Positions 25,316 through 38,756 of a DNA stretch of 64,000 nt are shown piece after piece (position 1 is the stretch's first letter; every line of letters begins with the position of its first letter). The position numbers and the translations under genes are program-made. The stretch is from Eledone cirrhosa (lineage: Eukaryota): the NCBI GenBank assembly GCA_964016885.1, contig OZ024745.1:27528001-27592000 (forward strand). The letters are read 5' to 3'. The notes beneath the pieces are model-generated. The model was not told where the DNA came from. It was given only the letters and a program-made list of their open reading frames with translations, and searched no databases.

Positions 25316-25758
25316 GAAGGCGCGTGGATTTGTGGTTAGGGTATTTGGCTCACAATCCTAAGATCATGGGTTCGATTCCCGGCAAGTCCCTTTATTTCGT
25401 GTTGCTCCAGTCCTCTCAGCTGGCAAAAATGAGTTGTACTTGTACTTGGAAGGATCAGCCTTGTCACGTTCTGTGTCACGCTGAATTTCTCTGAGAACTA
25501 TGTTAAAGGTACGCGTGTCTGTGGAATGCTCAGCCACTGGCACGTTAATTTCATGAGCAGGCAGTTCCGTTGATTGTATCAACTTGAACACTCGTCGTTG
25601 TAACCGACGGAGTGCCAGTTGAATTTTTCTGAGAACTATGTTAAAGGTACGCGTGTCTGTGGAATGCTCAGCCACTGGCACGTTAATTTCATGAGCAGGC
25701 AGTTCCGTTGATCGTATCAACTTGAACACTCGTCGTTGAAACCGACGGAGTGCCAGTT
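25316..25758 (+). mobile_element. SINE (S2-type head) with a 138-bp tandem duplication of its 3' part
   Basis: A-box and GGTTCGATTCCC B-box; 25483-25620 is repeated at 25621-25758. Confidence 0.85.
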
Positions 25759-26066
25759 ATTTATTCATTACAACGTGTAAATAGTTTGAAATGATACGAG
25801 TTTTCTATTACAAAGTATACAATGATAGTGTCTAGATAAGAAATATATATTTAAAAGACAATAGCATACTAATGCGTGTAATAGGCCAACTGTTATTAAA
25901 TAGGGATATATATTGAAAAACGTACTGGAAAGTGGAGTATTCTGGGATCGAAACCTCGTCTCGTGTTTGTTTTTCTTTTTTTTTTCATATATGGCAATTG
26001 ATTAAACCAGCGGGAGCAGAAGACTATTTTACTCACATTTTAAAACAATTTCCTTTTATTTTGCAT

Positions 26067-26221
26067 TGGCAGTATCGGTAGAGGGTCGGATGCCATGCTT
26101 TGACGCATAGAGTTACGGCTCTTGCCATGCTGAGTTCAAATCCCGCCGAGGTTAACTTTACCTTTCATCCTTACGGGGTCGATAAAATAAGCTGCCTTGT
26201 GCCAAAAGTAGAAACAATTAT
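26067..26221 (+). mobile_element. SINE S1
   Basis: TGGCAGTATCGG A-box, GAGTTCAAATCC B-box and the family core. Confidence 0.88.
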
Positions 26222-26318
26222 TTATATATATAGATCGATACAGATCAAACATTGAGCTGATCAATAACGAAACCCCCGTCACTACTCAATAAACAAAGGT
26301 GAAGAAGTAATAAATCGT

Positions 26319-26373
<55 letters not shown>

Positions 26374-26538
26374 TAGGCTCGAAGTCACTGTTGCAGTGCA
26401 ACATATATATAAACTTTATTGGCATATTACTATCGTTTCAATATCAATCAGATCAGGCTACAGTCATAATTACGGGGCTCGACTCTTCCTCGATATCTCA
26501 TCAGATATGCGAGTTTATATGTGCAAAAACACTCACTA

Positions 26539-26575
<37 letters not shown>

Positions 26576-27262
26576 GGTGGGGGGGGGGGTTGTGTGTGTG
26601 TGTGTGTGTGTGTGTGTTAGTAAGCTGAAGCCAAATAATTGGTGTATTACAGTTCTGTCGTCTGGATCGACAAGGGGTGCATGTAACGAGGTGTAGCAAA
26701 GAAAATGAGTTTCGATTGAAGAGCACCAGCTTTCCGCTGTTTTAAACGATTTTCACATCCTTTATCGATACATCAGCGAAAAACATTTACACACGCGTAC
26801 ACGGTTACTCTCTCTCCTCCTCCTCTCTCTAGCTCTTTCTCTCTCTCTCTCTCTCTCTCTCACACATACATGAATATATATTGAAGACGGGATTCCATAC
26901 AGCTTATGTTTACCATATTCTACTTACAAGGTATTGGCCATGCTGGGGTCACGATAGAAGACATATGATCAAGACACCATACAATGGGATCAAACCCGGA
27001 GACAAGTGGTTGCGAAGCAAACTTCTTAACCAGACGGCCTGCAGCTGTTTCAAATTATTTAACATTTCCATTAACATTTCAGAATTACACCCTAATGTTT
27101 TATTTTCCTTTATAGAATCTATGCTCTAACAAGCAATATCCATTCAAAATAAGTCATTAAACTGCAATGTTATTCTCTTTAAATTTCAATTCATTATTTG
27201 AAACAAACTTAATTTATCTCAGTATTGGATTTTTCTTCGATTTACATGCATGTATTGATTTG

Positions 27263-27381
27263 ATTTCATCGGAATATATTTTAATTCTTGATATAAAAAA
27301 AGAAATGCTGTATCTTAATACTAAGTTTTTTTTAAATTTGAAATTTCATCGGAGTATATTTTAATTCTTGATATAAAAAAA
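27263..27381. repeat. Local direct duplication of about 39 bp with an 80-bp period
   Basis: ATTTCATCGGA.TATATTTTAATTCTTGATATAAAAAAA occurs twice. Confidence 0.8.
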
Positions 27382-27635
27382 ATTGTTATATCCTAAATTT
27401 GAGTTCTTTAAATATCGACATTTTTCTAAAGGAGAAGAGATAACCATAAAATGTATACTTTAGTTCTATATTTTAATTCTATATTTTTACAAGAAGACTT
27501 TTGTTTGGAAATCTACAGTATAAAAACTTTCTATAAAATCTAATTAGTAGCAGTAATTTATGTCTGTGTATTTGTGTGCCATGTAAAAGGGCTTTTAAGA
27601 ATTCTTACCCATGATTTATTATTTGTAAAGAATTG

Positions 27636-27858
27636 GGTGGTGAATTGGTAGTATCAGTAGAGTGTTGGGAAAAATGCTTTGCAACATTTAGTTGCATCCC
27701 TTTACATTTTTAGTTCAAGTCCCTCCGAGATCAGGTTTGCCATTCATCCTTCCGAGATCGTTAAAATAAGGTATTAGTGAAGCACTGGGGTCAATAGAAT
27801 TGATTTTCCCTCTACACACAAATGGTTGGTCTTGTGCTTAAATTAGACATCATTAATT
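27636..27858 (+). mobile_element. Older, longer SINE S1 relative
   Basis: Diverged A and B boxes and core, with an extra segment before the tail. Confidence 0.75.
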
Positions 27859-29324
27859 ATTTGTGAAGAATATATAATATCGAAATTGCTCATAGGAAAA
27901 TTAACGGTTATTCACCGACATTTTCACATAATTTTCATCCAAGTTTCATTTAGGATGTTATTCTATAATCAACATTATTATGTAATCATTCATATAATTA
28001 TTGACAATGACTAAATTGGCAATGTTTCCTCTACTCATTTCAAACATTTAAAAACATTAAAGACGGCTGATAGAAATTGTTAAATTTCAAGACAGTCTAT
28101 TCTAATTTTAACCAATCTATTTCAAACAGAAGTAAAAAGAATAATAATAAGCAGTATATATATATATATATATATTATCCACCTTTTTGTTTCTAATATT
28201 TAGAACTAAATCTAATAAAGAAAATAACATGTTTCTTATTTTTTCAGACAACCTATTTGGAGTTGACAAAACTTAGTTTTCTATTATTGATTAGAAAATA
28301 TAAATTGAGAAATCAGTTATTTTAAGAAATACCAATATTCTTAAAAATTGAATGTCTTATCCAGTAATCTAATGTTTTCTCCTAATCGCTACAGTTTTAA
28401 TATCTCATATACGTTGAAAATATTTCTTTGGATGGTAAATCTGGAGAGAATTAGTTATTATCTGATAAATTGTTATACCGTAGTTTTCCAACCAAATCAA
28501 AATATCAAAGATATAACTTTGCTTTTTTTATTTGAATGAAATAGTTTTATCTGCATGACTGAATTACCTAGCATATAACATTGCCTTGCATATAATATTC
28601 CTCTAACTTATCCTTAACTTTGAGAAAGAACTAGATTTTTTGAGAGGGGAAATTGAATATTGTGACGTTGAGGTGTTTGCTAACGAAATTAGTAAGGCAA
28701 GGAAAAACAGGGGATCAAAACAGGGTCTTGAACTGAACTCGCCTCACCATTTCTTGACTAAACACAAAACAAGGGAAGGCGTTTTCTTCTTCTTGGCGGG
28801 ATTTGAACTCAGTGCGCAGACAACCGGGACAAATATTATAAAGCGTTCTATCCAACGTTCTAACAACTCAGCCAATTCCCCACCAAGGGAAGTATTTATA
28901 TATTAACCTTGGTGGGATGAAAGTCGTTTGGAACTTCTAATATTCAATGACAAATCGAAATACATTTAATCTGGCTTTCTACGTCTCCTAATGTGTTATA
29001 TTAATACACTAATTCATAAAAAAGCTCCTATATTTTAGAGGAAGGAAATTATCTTGACAGAAACTATTCTCTTAAGAACGTCTCCCCACTTCTCGTACAT
29101 AACCAAAACATTTGACCTCAAATTCCCCCAAATACGTACGCTACTACAGAACTGGCGAAGAACATGCCTCAAATTATCGGGAAAATATCACCGACGTCCA
29201 CTATCTGGGTGGATTTCCACTTGCACATCTTTCGAAAAATTATTGTCTGAATACGAAGAATACATTTATGTATCGCACAAACCGCAAGCTCCTCTGCCTT
29301 TCAAATGACTTGCAAGCATTTTTA

Positions 29325-29432
29325 TTATTTTATCATAAGGACCTCTACTGACTTCACCACCATTCTTATTTCATCATAAGGACTTCTGTTGACTTCACCA
29401 GCATTCGTATTTCATCAAAAGGACTTCTACTA
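29325..29432. repeat. Three tandem copies of an approximately 40-bp unit
   Basis: TATTTCATCATAAGGACTTCT...TGACTTCACCA.CATTC is repeated. Confidence 0.75.
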
Positions 29433-30003
29433 ATTTGCTTTTAACTTCCTAAAGTAACGCGCGTCAAAACTCCAAAGAAAAATTGTTTCTCCACTCTGCC
29501 AGTATCAGCGACACGCACTGATATACGTCAAGTGAGAAAACAACTCCGGTCACTTCAAACCAAGAAGGCCATCCATCCCGACAAAGTGCATTCCATTACT
29601 CCCAAATGGGAACCCTAATATAGAGAGTCCCATCCGATTTCAAAGGGCAGCATGGCTAATCCTGTTAACTATCAACATATCACTCCACTTCCAACAAAAG
29701 CAATGGATACATTTGTTAAACATTTCTTTCACAATTTTGAGTTCCTGTCCCAATCAATGTAACTTCTTTGTTAGAGATCTGCTTTATTATGTCACCCATT
29801 AACCCCACCCCACCAAAGGTAACCGTGTCTGTCTCGACAATCCGATAATCTCTTAGCTTAAAAATGTTTCTCGAGAAGATTGAATATATTTTATAGTCAG
29901 GAATATGTTTTTAATATTCCAAACCCACTCAACAATGCATTAAACTCCGTTCTGAGAATATTATTTTTGAAACTTACCATAAAGCCATAAATTTTCATGG
30001 AAT

Positions 30004-30290
30004 ATGTCGTTTCGTTTTCCTGAGTATAAACGTAGTACTAACTTTGTGTCTAGGTCTCATCTATTTACTGTTGAAATTCCGAAATGTAATCACGAATTCT
30101 ATTATGATAGTTTTTTCCCTCGCACATTTCCCCTATGGAATTCTCTTCCAGCTTCTTGCTTTCCTGAACACACTATAATTTGCAAAATTTCAAAATCAAC
30201 ATCAATCGTCATCTTCTCTCTTCTTGAATTATATTCTCTCTGCTTTGTCCTTCTCCCTTCTCAGTAACCCCATGCATTTAGTTGCTTGTA
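30004..30290 (+). mobile_element. 3' end of a CR1/L2/Jockey-group LINE; further decayed pieces probably lie at about 29040-29600
   Basis: SFFPRTFPLWNSLP motif followed by a frameshifted YNLQNFKININRHL. Confidence 0.7.
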
Positions 30291-30410
30291 TATTATTTCT
30301 AGATAACAACTATACCGCTGTCGAAATGTATCCTAATTTTGTTATTTCTATAATTACCTTAATTATTGCTTATTCGAGTTATTTGACATAATCAAGATTC
30401 ATTTTGCTCG

Positions 30411-30919
30411 CACAAACATATTTAAACAGATTCGCCCAAACCATGCCAGTAGGGAAAGTGGACATTATGCTGATGGTTATAAGATAAACAGAGCTGCAAT
30501 ATTCATATAATAATATGTTGCATTGTAATAATATATTGTACTGATTTCTAATTTTGACACAAGGCCAGCAATTTGTAGGAGAGGGAAGTCGATAGTATCA
30601 ACCCCAGTTTTTTTACTGGCACTTTATTTTATCGACCTCTGAAGAATGAAAGGTAAAGTTGACCATGACTGGATTTGAACTCATGACGTAAAGGATCGTA
30701 CGTAAATGCTGCAAAGCATTTTGTCCGAAACTCTGATGATTCTTCCAATACAAGGCCATATACAGTGCATAATATATATTTACAATATATTTACAATATA
30801 TTATTACAATGCAACATACTATATAAATATTACATCTATGTTTATGTTATAAACATCAGCATAATATCCACCTTTCAATACTGGCATGGATTGGGTGAAT
30901 CTGTTTAAATATGTTTGTG
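30411..30919. repeat. About 130-bp inverted duplication (30411-30540 / 30792-30919) enclosing a minus-strand SINE S1 (30541-30748)
   Basis: The arms are reverse complements at roughly 85% identity; the SINE core lies in the spacer. Confidence 0.85.
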
Positions 30920-30952
30920 TGAAAAAGATGTATCTGGATAAATTATATTATA

Positions 30953-31202
30953 CAGGGTGAGTGATAAGTAACCAGACAGCCCAACATTTATATTCCAAAT
31001 GACAGTATTTACTAAAATTCTGATCATACATTACAGAATTATAAATACATCAAACAAAAGTAGTTCAAAAATATACTTAGTGTAAGTGTTCGAAAAGCTG
31101 ATTCCGTTCCTCAATACATTTTGAAGCTGATGTTCAAATTGTTTTCTGTGAACCTTGCAATAAAAATGCATTGACTGTCCGTTTACTTATGACCCCACCC
31201 TG
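30953..31202. mobile_element. Tc1/mariner MITE
   Basis: TA|CAGGGTG...CACCCTG|TA with imperfect TIRs of about 28 bp. Confidence 0.8.
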
Positions 31203-31431
31203 TATTATGTAATATTATCAAACATCTACCATTATATTAATAGTGAGTGGTTGATATAGCACAGCCGACAGAAAGCTGAATATATTAGTTCTATATATGT
31301 TCTAAAAAGAAACTCGGCTTTGATTTTTCAGTTGCTAGAATTGATAAAATTAGCACCACTAAGCTACAGAGATAGATATAACGACTTTTATAAAATTACC
31401 CATGTCCATTGTCAATAGAAATAATTATTAC

Positions 31432-31518
31432 CTTCAGACTGTTCTGTTTCTTTTTGGAATCTATTTTCAGTTTCTTTTGAAGCGAACATAGTATTTATTG
31501 CAAACTTAACTGCAAAAC
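31432..31518 (-). CDS. Possible 87-bp internal exon (phase 1-1) of an unidentified host gene
   Basis: TCGTTTCCAG acceptor, GAAG|GTAATA donor and an open frame (G)FAVKFAINTMFASKETENRFQKETEQSE. Confidence 0.25.
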
Positions 31519-34368
31519 CTGGAAACGATCGATTTCAAAGCATTTTCTTACAAAACTTATGTTTCGTTTTTTTTTTGTCAATGAACCGAGACACCATACA
31601 AATAAGTCTTGTCAGATTTGATAATGACTGTAAAACAACATTGTTTTTGTCCAGTCATATAGAAATGATGGACAGATTATTAACGGGATTAACGGGACTA
31701 TATAGCACTCTAGAGGTTTATTCTGGTTTTATGGTTGTAGATTTGTTCTTCATCAAAACGTGCAACGACAACCCAGATGTTTCGACTTACGTTATCTAGA
31801 TGGCGTGTAAAGCGGTAATTAATAGAACTAGTTCCCTAGATTTCGCAACTTGAATTGAAAGTTGCAAACACCAAAACCATTGCCAATATTTTCAAAAACC
31901 ATTTAAATGTACACCAGGTTGTCAGAATCAGCAGGGACTCTATTGGATATGTTTTTATCACGTAAAAATAAACATACATTCCCATTAACAGGGATATAAG
32001 GGCTACCGTGTGTACTTATAAGCGTCACTCCAAAACACATACGTATTTTAATCACGCACACTCACACACACACACACACACAACATATACACACAATGTA
32101 CCCCCCACACACACTCACAACAGACATGCACTTATATTTAATCGTAGGCAAGGTTGTGTAGTTAAAGAATTTTCTTCGCAACCACATGGTTTCGGATTCC
32201 GTCATACTACGTGGTACCTTGAGCAAATGTCTTCCACCATAACCTCTGTGTGTGTGTGGGTGTCTGTGTGTGTGTGTGTCTGTGTGTGTATGTGTGTGTC
32301 TGTCTGTGTGTCTCTGTGTGTCTGTGTATGTATTTACATATAAATATAATTGGAAACAAGGATCTTAGGTAGCTCATGATGAAAAGAACCAAATTTAGGG
32401 AATCTGTAAGGACGTACGGCTCTACGCTAGGTAAATGAAAAGCGTAGGGCTATGAAATTAATTTTATTTATATCGAGGTCTAAGAAAATTCAGCATATTT
32501 ACCTTGAGGTAGTAAATATAAAAGAATGTATAGTTTGGTTTACATTAAGGTTGCAGAAATTTAGTTTATTTACTTTGAAGTAGTAAATTAAAGAGAGATT
32601 TCTGTTGCTCATATTTGACCAAAGTTTGACCCACTGAAAGAAAATGTCGCATTTTTGTTTTGAAGTAATAAATTTAAGGGAATCCGTCTGCTGATTTTGT
32701 TTGATATTTGACCGAAATGCCATGGGTGAAGTTTGTGGTAGGGCTACGGGTGAGGGGAATGGCTAAGGTCACTGTTTTCTTTCTTTCTTTGTTTATTTCC
32801 TTTCTTTGGGTTAGCCAAAAGGATAGACAAGTTCTTAAGAGATGAACGCTAATCTCATAGGTCTTAATTTTGTTAATTTAAAAAATCTCTGTTTGTGCTT
32901 TTGATCTTATTTGTACGTGTATATTTGTGTATATAGGATTTAATCTGTATTATGTTTTACATTCGTGTATATATATTTATATTTATATGTATGTAAATAA
33001 TGATATTGAAGTTTGGCGTCATCTTTTGATATCGTATTTATGTGATTTCATCTTTGGTTCATTTCACTTATTTCTTTAATGACTTGGGTATTTTTGTTGT
33101 TGCTTTTCTTATGTTGTGTTGTACGGACAAGACTTCCCGATGCATGTTATCACGTCATCTAGGTGGATAGTTTGGGGGTTTAAAGTTGAGAGACGATGAG
33201 AGAAGGTGGAGTAAGGTCTATTATGTAATGGGACCGTAGTCGCTCCAGATAATAGTAGCTTTATTATCTTTATTATATGATAGCTGCAACTAGATAACGT
33301 CTGTCCTCCCCATTTGGGGGCTGTTGCAGTCCTATTGTTTGCTGAGTTTGGGAAGGTGGGTTGCGGGTTAATTTAGCAGGAGTCATGAGTGCATTTGGCG
33401 TTCGGTTTTAGGGTGTTTGATAAGTGTTTTCTGGATAGATTGAAGTAATAACGGTCTTACATAGACACACACACACACACACACATATATATATGTAGTA
33501 TTTATGCAAATATAATTTTATTTAATATATATTACATATATGTGTGTATGTCTATCTCTGTGTATGTGTTTGTACGTGTACAACTATGCACACACTTACA
33601 CACGTACTCATACGTACACACAAATACACGAGCTCCTTCTTAACTGTACAATATAGACTTTTTCAATTCTAAATATTTTCCATGTTCGAGAAAAATAGTT
33701 GTAATTATTTTGTTATTACAGAGGCATTTTACCAACTAAAAATACATTTTATATTTATTATTCTTAATTGTTAAGGGAACATACATTTTAGATGAAAAAT
33801 ACTATTACAATTTTTCTTTGTATTTAAAATTACATTACTTTTTCGCTGTACCTGTATTTCTTTTGCATTTGTTTTCAATCATTTTTTAAAAAAGTGTACA
33901 TTTGATATTTTAAGTTGAAATAATTTACAATATTATATTCTATTTTTTTCAAAGAATCATTTCTTAGAAAGGTCATTGAGAATTCTGTATGGCGATTGAG
34001 AATCTAAGGTATAATTGTTCGTCATTTTCTCATGTAGAAGAAACAATACAACCCCTTCCCTGAAACAATACAACCCTTTCCCTCAAAGAAAACAAATAAC
34101 AAAAAAAATGTTCGGCATGAAATTTGAATGCGCTAACAACTTTAAGTGTTTTTATTGCTAGATAATTTTTCAAAAGAGTTTTTGTGTGTTTAAAAAAAAT
34201 GTAGAATTTTGAAATTTCGGTTTCAGTCTTTGAATTCGTGGATTAACATTAATGCAAGAACTGATAATCCTTTGTTTGATAAGCTTCTACTAAGTGTGAC
34301 TTTATATTTTACACACACACACGCACACGCACACGCACACGCACACGCACACACACATATATATATAA

Positions 34369-34404
<36 letters not shown>

Positions 34405-34892
34405 ATGCAAATTTGGCTAATCAGACCATTTACACAGGTGAAAAAAATACATTTTCGCCTGTTTCAAGTTCCAGCAGAGAGCAGGGGAAGCACTTGCCCG
34501 ATGATAGCCAAAACTTGAAATGCAGTTGTCCCCCGTTGCTCTGCTAGAATCCGCCAGACGGCGCTAGCCGTTAGCATTTCATTATTCATACTAAGGTTTT
34601 CCAAATGTTTATTTATTAAACATGCCATATACCTTTAGATATACGAAATTCACATTCTTGTATGTATATAGCTATGTTGGAGCTAAACTTTAACTCGAAA
34701 TCAAATTATTTCAATGCACTTCAAATATAATTATCTCAAACGAAAGCATAAGTGAAAATTCCTTTGAAAGGGAGAGTTTGATCTCATTTAGTTAAAGTAA
34801 ATCTCTTTTTTTTTTTGTTCGAGAAATGTCTTTAAATGTCATAGTAATCCTCTAAAAGCGAATTTTTTCTTTTATTAACTAAAAAAAAAAAA

Positions 34893-35103
34893 GGCCTGAC
34901 AGAATCAGTAGAGCGTCGGACAAATGCTTAGCAGTATTTGTTCCGGGTCTTTACTTTCTGAGTTGAAATCCCACCGAGGTTAACTTTCCCTTTTATCTTC
35001 ACGGGTTGATAAAATAAAGTACCAGTAACACACTGGGGTCGATTTAATCGCCTTTTCCCTCCTCCCAAATTGTTAGCCTTATACCTAAATCAGAAACCAT
35101 TAT
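34893..35103 (+). mobile_element. Older SINE S1 relative
   Basis: Diverged head, core and tail. Confidence 0.78.
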
Positions 35104-35614
35104 TTTAAAGATATTTCTGTTATAACATTATTTCGAGCAGAGACAGTCAGTGGTCATTATTTATTTTAAGCCTCGTTTAAAGCAGTTGTATTTATAGCAG
35201 GCAGAACAGAGTTTCTAAAACTGCATTACAAACTGTAGACAATTCTCATACAATGAGAAAGCTTTGAATATGTCATGTCATATTGAGTAGAGTCTATGTA
35301 GTAGAATTCAATCTTAATATTTATGTAAATAAATAGCAACCTGCTCAATGAATTAATTTGGTTGTATTCACTCCCAGTAGAAGTTTTATCTATATAGGTT
35401 TCAGGATTGTTCTTCATAGAATTAAAAGTTGGAAATAGAACAAACTTTATAAAAAAAAAGAGCGCAAAAATATCGTAAAAAGTGACCTCTCTGAAAAGAG
35501 AACAATGGCATCATTGAATCAGTCAAAAATATTAAGGATTGTACACACACTGACATCTGAAAATGCTATAACTGATTGAACAATTCGTAATTATCTCATA
35601 ATATAAATATCGTT

Positions 35615-35776
35615 ACAGCGCCGGTCACCATCCACGCCATGTTGCTCAACGAGATCATAACAATGGCTTGAATGCCGCAGGCTTCCATTCCCAGCTCGAG
35701 ACGGTGGGGCTAAATCGAGGAGGTGGCAAAAGGCCGGATGGCATTACGATCTTCCCGTTCTGTGGCAAGCCCCTCC
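35615..35776 (+). mobile_element. Short CRE-clade fragment (endonuclease region)
   Basis: GLNAAGFHSQLETVGLNRGGGKRPDGITIFPF matches the protein from 18250-18420. Confidence 0.82.
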
Positions 35777-35825
35777 ATAGTAACAAGACTCCTCAACCAT
35801 AACAAAGAATATACATATGCCCCCC

Positions 35826-35943
<118 letters not shown>

Positions 35944-36372
35944 ATACTTGGGGAGGGTCATATTGTTGTAATAATATTGCGAGAACTAATAACAGAACAC
36001 ACTTACTGTTTGGTTGGTTTTCGCTTCTGCATCTTTTATATCTCCATAGTTAATTTATTTGGCAATCAATGTTTATCATTGACTGACCAACGGTTAAAAA
36101 TACAGATATAAATATATATATATAGTCTAACAAAGTTCTTTCGTTGCCATCAGTGGTACTATCATCATGTTTCCTCCTATTGTGTTATATTGTAGTGTTT
36201 ACGCCATTTTTATTTTCTCTTACAACTAATACAGGCCGACTATATATGCTCACTCCAATTTTCCCTTCACTGCTCTATATACACACATACAAACCCTTAT
36301 ATTAACATACTTTTGATCATAGCTTCGTTCTTACATGCACACACACTCTTTTAATCACATATATAGACGTAT

Positions 36373-36465
<93 letters not shown>

Positions 36466-36596
36466 CTTACGCACGTGCACAAGTATAGCTCTTTTTACAA
36501 AACGTTTTTTTTTTCCATTTCAGTTAGACGCGCTCCATCATCCACTTTTCTAAAAAATAAATCATACACAAAACGCCAGCACCAACAGTTTTGCAA

Positions 36597-36810
36597 GAGA
36601 TATCAACATGAATGGACCTGTTATTTTTTTCTAAAGACGTTTTTTCCAATTCCAACCCACCTGTCCCCTCAATCTATCTTATTTCTTATTCTTTCTTCTG
36701 ATGAAGGACGAGCGTCCGAAACGTTAAGACCCTCTTCCTGCTATATCAAGCGTTAACCTAATATATCCCTTCCATATACTGTACCGATTGTGTTGTTATT
36801 TCTGTTTACC

Positions 36811-36814
<4 letters not shown>
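36597..36814 (+). mobile_element. Penelope pLTR-like element, family A copy 1, between (CA)n arrays
   Basis: Highly similar to 48364-48564 and carries a hammerhead motif. Confidence 0.8.
36694..36729 (+). ncRNA. Minimal type I hammerhead ribozyme
   Basis: TCTT-CTGATGA-A-GGAC(GAGC)GTCC-GAAA-CG-TT-AAGA: conserved core, 4-bp stems I and II, palindromic ACGT helix III. Confidence 0.85.
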
Positions 36815-36864
<50 letters not shown>

Positions 36865-36865
36865 G

Positions 36866-37310
36866 CTAGACCTGAAAAATGCGCAAGCTCAGAAGAGCCA
36901 CAGAATGTTATAATAAACCTTCAAAAGTGTGGGAGTAGAGTTGTTGCTCAAAAATATTGTAATTATTATCTATCGTACACCTGTGGCGTCCTTTTATAAA
37001 AAAGAGACTCATAACGAACTCAAGACGACACGATAGTTATTTAAGCTAATGTTCAATATCTCATATTAGATATTTAGTAATGATTAATACGAAATGCACT
37101 TAAACCGAATTCTATATTATAAATTCCCTTAAATAATTATCGTGTCGTCTTGAGTTCGTTATGAGGCTCTTTTTTTTATAAAAGGATGCCACAGAGTGTA
37201 CGATAGATAATGATTACAACATTTTTGAGCAACAACTCTAGTCCCACACTTTTGAAGGTTTATTATAACATTCTGTGGCTCTTTTGAGCTTGCGCATTCT
37301 TCAGGTCTAG
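36866..37310. mobile_element. Fold-back MITE-like element with about 180-bp inverted arms and CTAG termini
   Basis: 36866-37045 versus 37128-37310: about 8 substitutions and 2 small indels. Confidence 0.88.
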
Positions 37311-38095
37311 TTTAATATTTTTTTAAGGCAACTCTTGTAATAACTCTAGTTAAACATGTTATATATTAATAATAAATTATCGTTGTAATGTAATTAGATT
37401 ATATAATTGTTATTTTATAAATGATCTTATAAATATTATTGTAAGATGTATAAAAATATTTTCAGTCTTTTAATATAAACAACTACAAAAAACAATCAAT
37501 ATTAAATAAATATATTTTACATAATAATTGTTATAGTTGAATTAATAAAAATTAAATATTACATACAAATAGTCTAACATAATAATAATAAAATAATCTA
37601 ACATAAAACGAACAATAATATGGACAAATATACAAGTAAATATGATACAACCAATATTGTAAGCATGTTATAACGAACTGAAAAAAAAAATAGCTAATAT
37701 AAATTTAAAAAATCATATATAAATTAACAATATAACTTACCAAAACAAGAAAAATATTTTGATGATAAACGACGAAATACAGGAGGAAGATTCAAAAGCG
37801 AAACGATAAATAAACGTGCAAACAAAGTGGCGGATGCTTTTGAGCAACAATTACTCTCATTGGTTGATTAGCCAATAAGACGATGAAATTAGCCAATAAG
37901 ACGACAAAACATGTTTGGGAGGGATCACCACGGCCAGCGAAACCCCTTGAAATTTTTATTCATAAGCTACGCATGTATGTCAGAACACGCAGACTTAAAA
38001 CATTCTGTTGTTAGTCACTGCGTGTCTAACATATATATATAAATGAAAGGTATAGAAAGTATTGTAGCAAGAAGCCAACAGTATTCCATAATATA

Positions 38096-38132
<37 letters not shown>

Positions 38133-38135
<3 letters not shown>

Positions 38136-38690
38136 AGGGTGTTAAAGTTTGCTTGAAGCATTGTGAAATGTGTAAAATACGTAGTTAAGAAAGCCACAAC
38201 AATGCAGAGGGAAATCTCGAGGTAGGAAGTGAAAGATAGATAGGAAAAACAGGTGAAAGTGAAAATTGAGAGAGACAAAGATGAAAACAAAACAAAGGTA
38301 GAAGGGTTACCGTAGTGGAGATTTAATCCCAATATTTCGGGCTCACGCCCATCAACGGGGGAAAGTTCCAAAAGGGGGGGAACAGGCCAAGCGGAGAAAG
38401 TTGTGATGTCGTTAAGACAGGAATGCCGTTAGCGGCATTAACGGCATTCCTGTCTTAACGACATCACAACTTTCTCCGCTTGGCCTGTTCCCCCCCTTTT
38501 GGAACTTTCCCCCGTTGATGGGCGTGAGCCCGAAATATTGGGATTAAATCTCCACTACGGTAACCCTTCTACCTTTGTTTTGTTTTCATCTTTGTCTCTC
38601 TCAATTTTCACTTTCACCTGTTTTTCCTATCTATCTTTCACTTCCTACCTCGAGATTTCCCTCTGCATTGTTGTGGCTTTCTTAACTACG

Positions 38691-38697
<7 letters not shown>
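38133..38697. mobile_element. Penelope pLTR-like element, family D: 259-bp inverted arms with a 7-nt loop, flanked by (TA)n
   Basis: 38173-38431 is the reverse complement of 38439-38697; each arm has a hammerhead-like motif. Confidence 0.85.
38508..38543 (+). ncRNA. Variant minimal hammerhead motif (mirror copy on the minus strand at about 38327-38362)
   Basis: TCCC-CCGTTGA-T-GGGC(GTGA)GCCC-GAAA-TA-TT-GGGA; the core differs from CTGANGA at two positions. Confidence 0.6.

Positions 38698-38756
<59 letters not shown>

Noticed and set aside
26067-26150. A-box/B-box pairs as tRNA genes
   Set aside because: No cloverleaf; they are SINE heads followed by the family core.
32400-33460. Possible decayed L1 fragment on the minus strand
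   Set aside because: Only compositional and very weak peptide resemblance; not supportable.
34550-34566. CCGCCAGACGGCGCT as a CTCF site
   Set aside because: A single imperfect motif with no supporting evidence.
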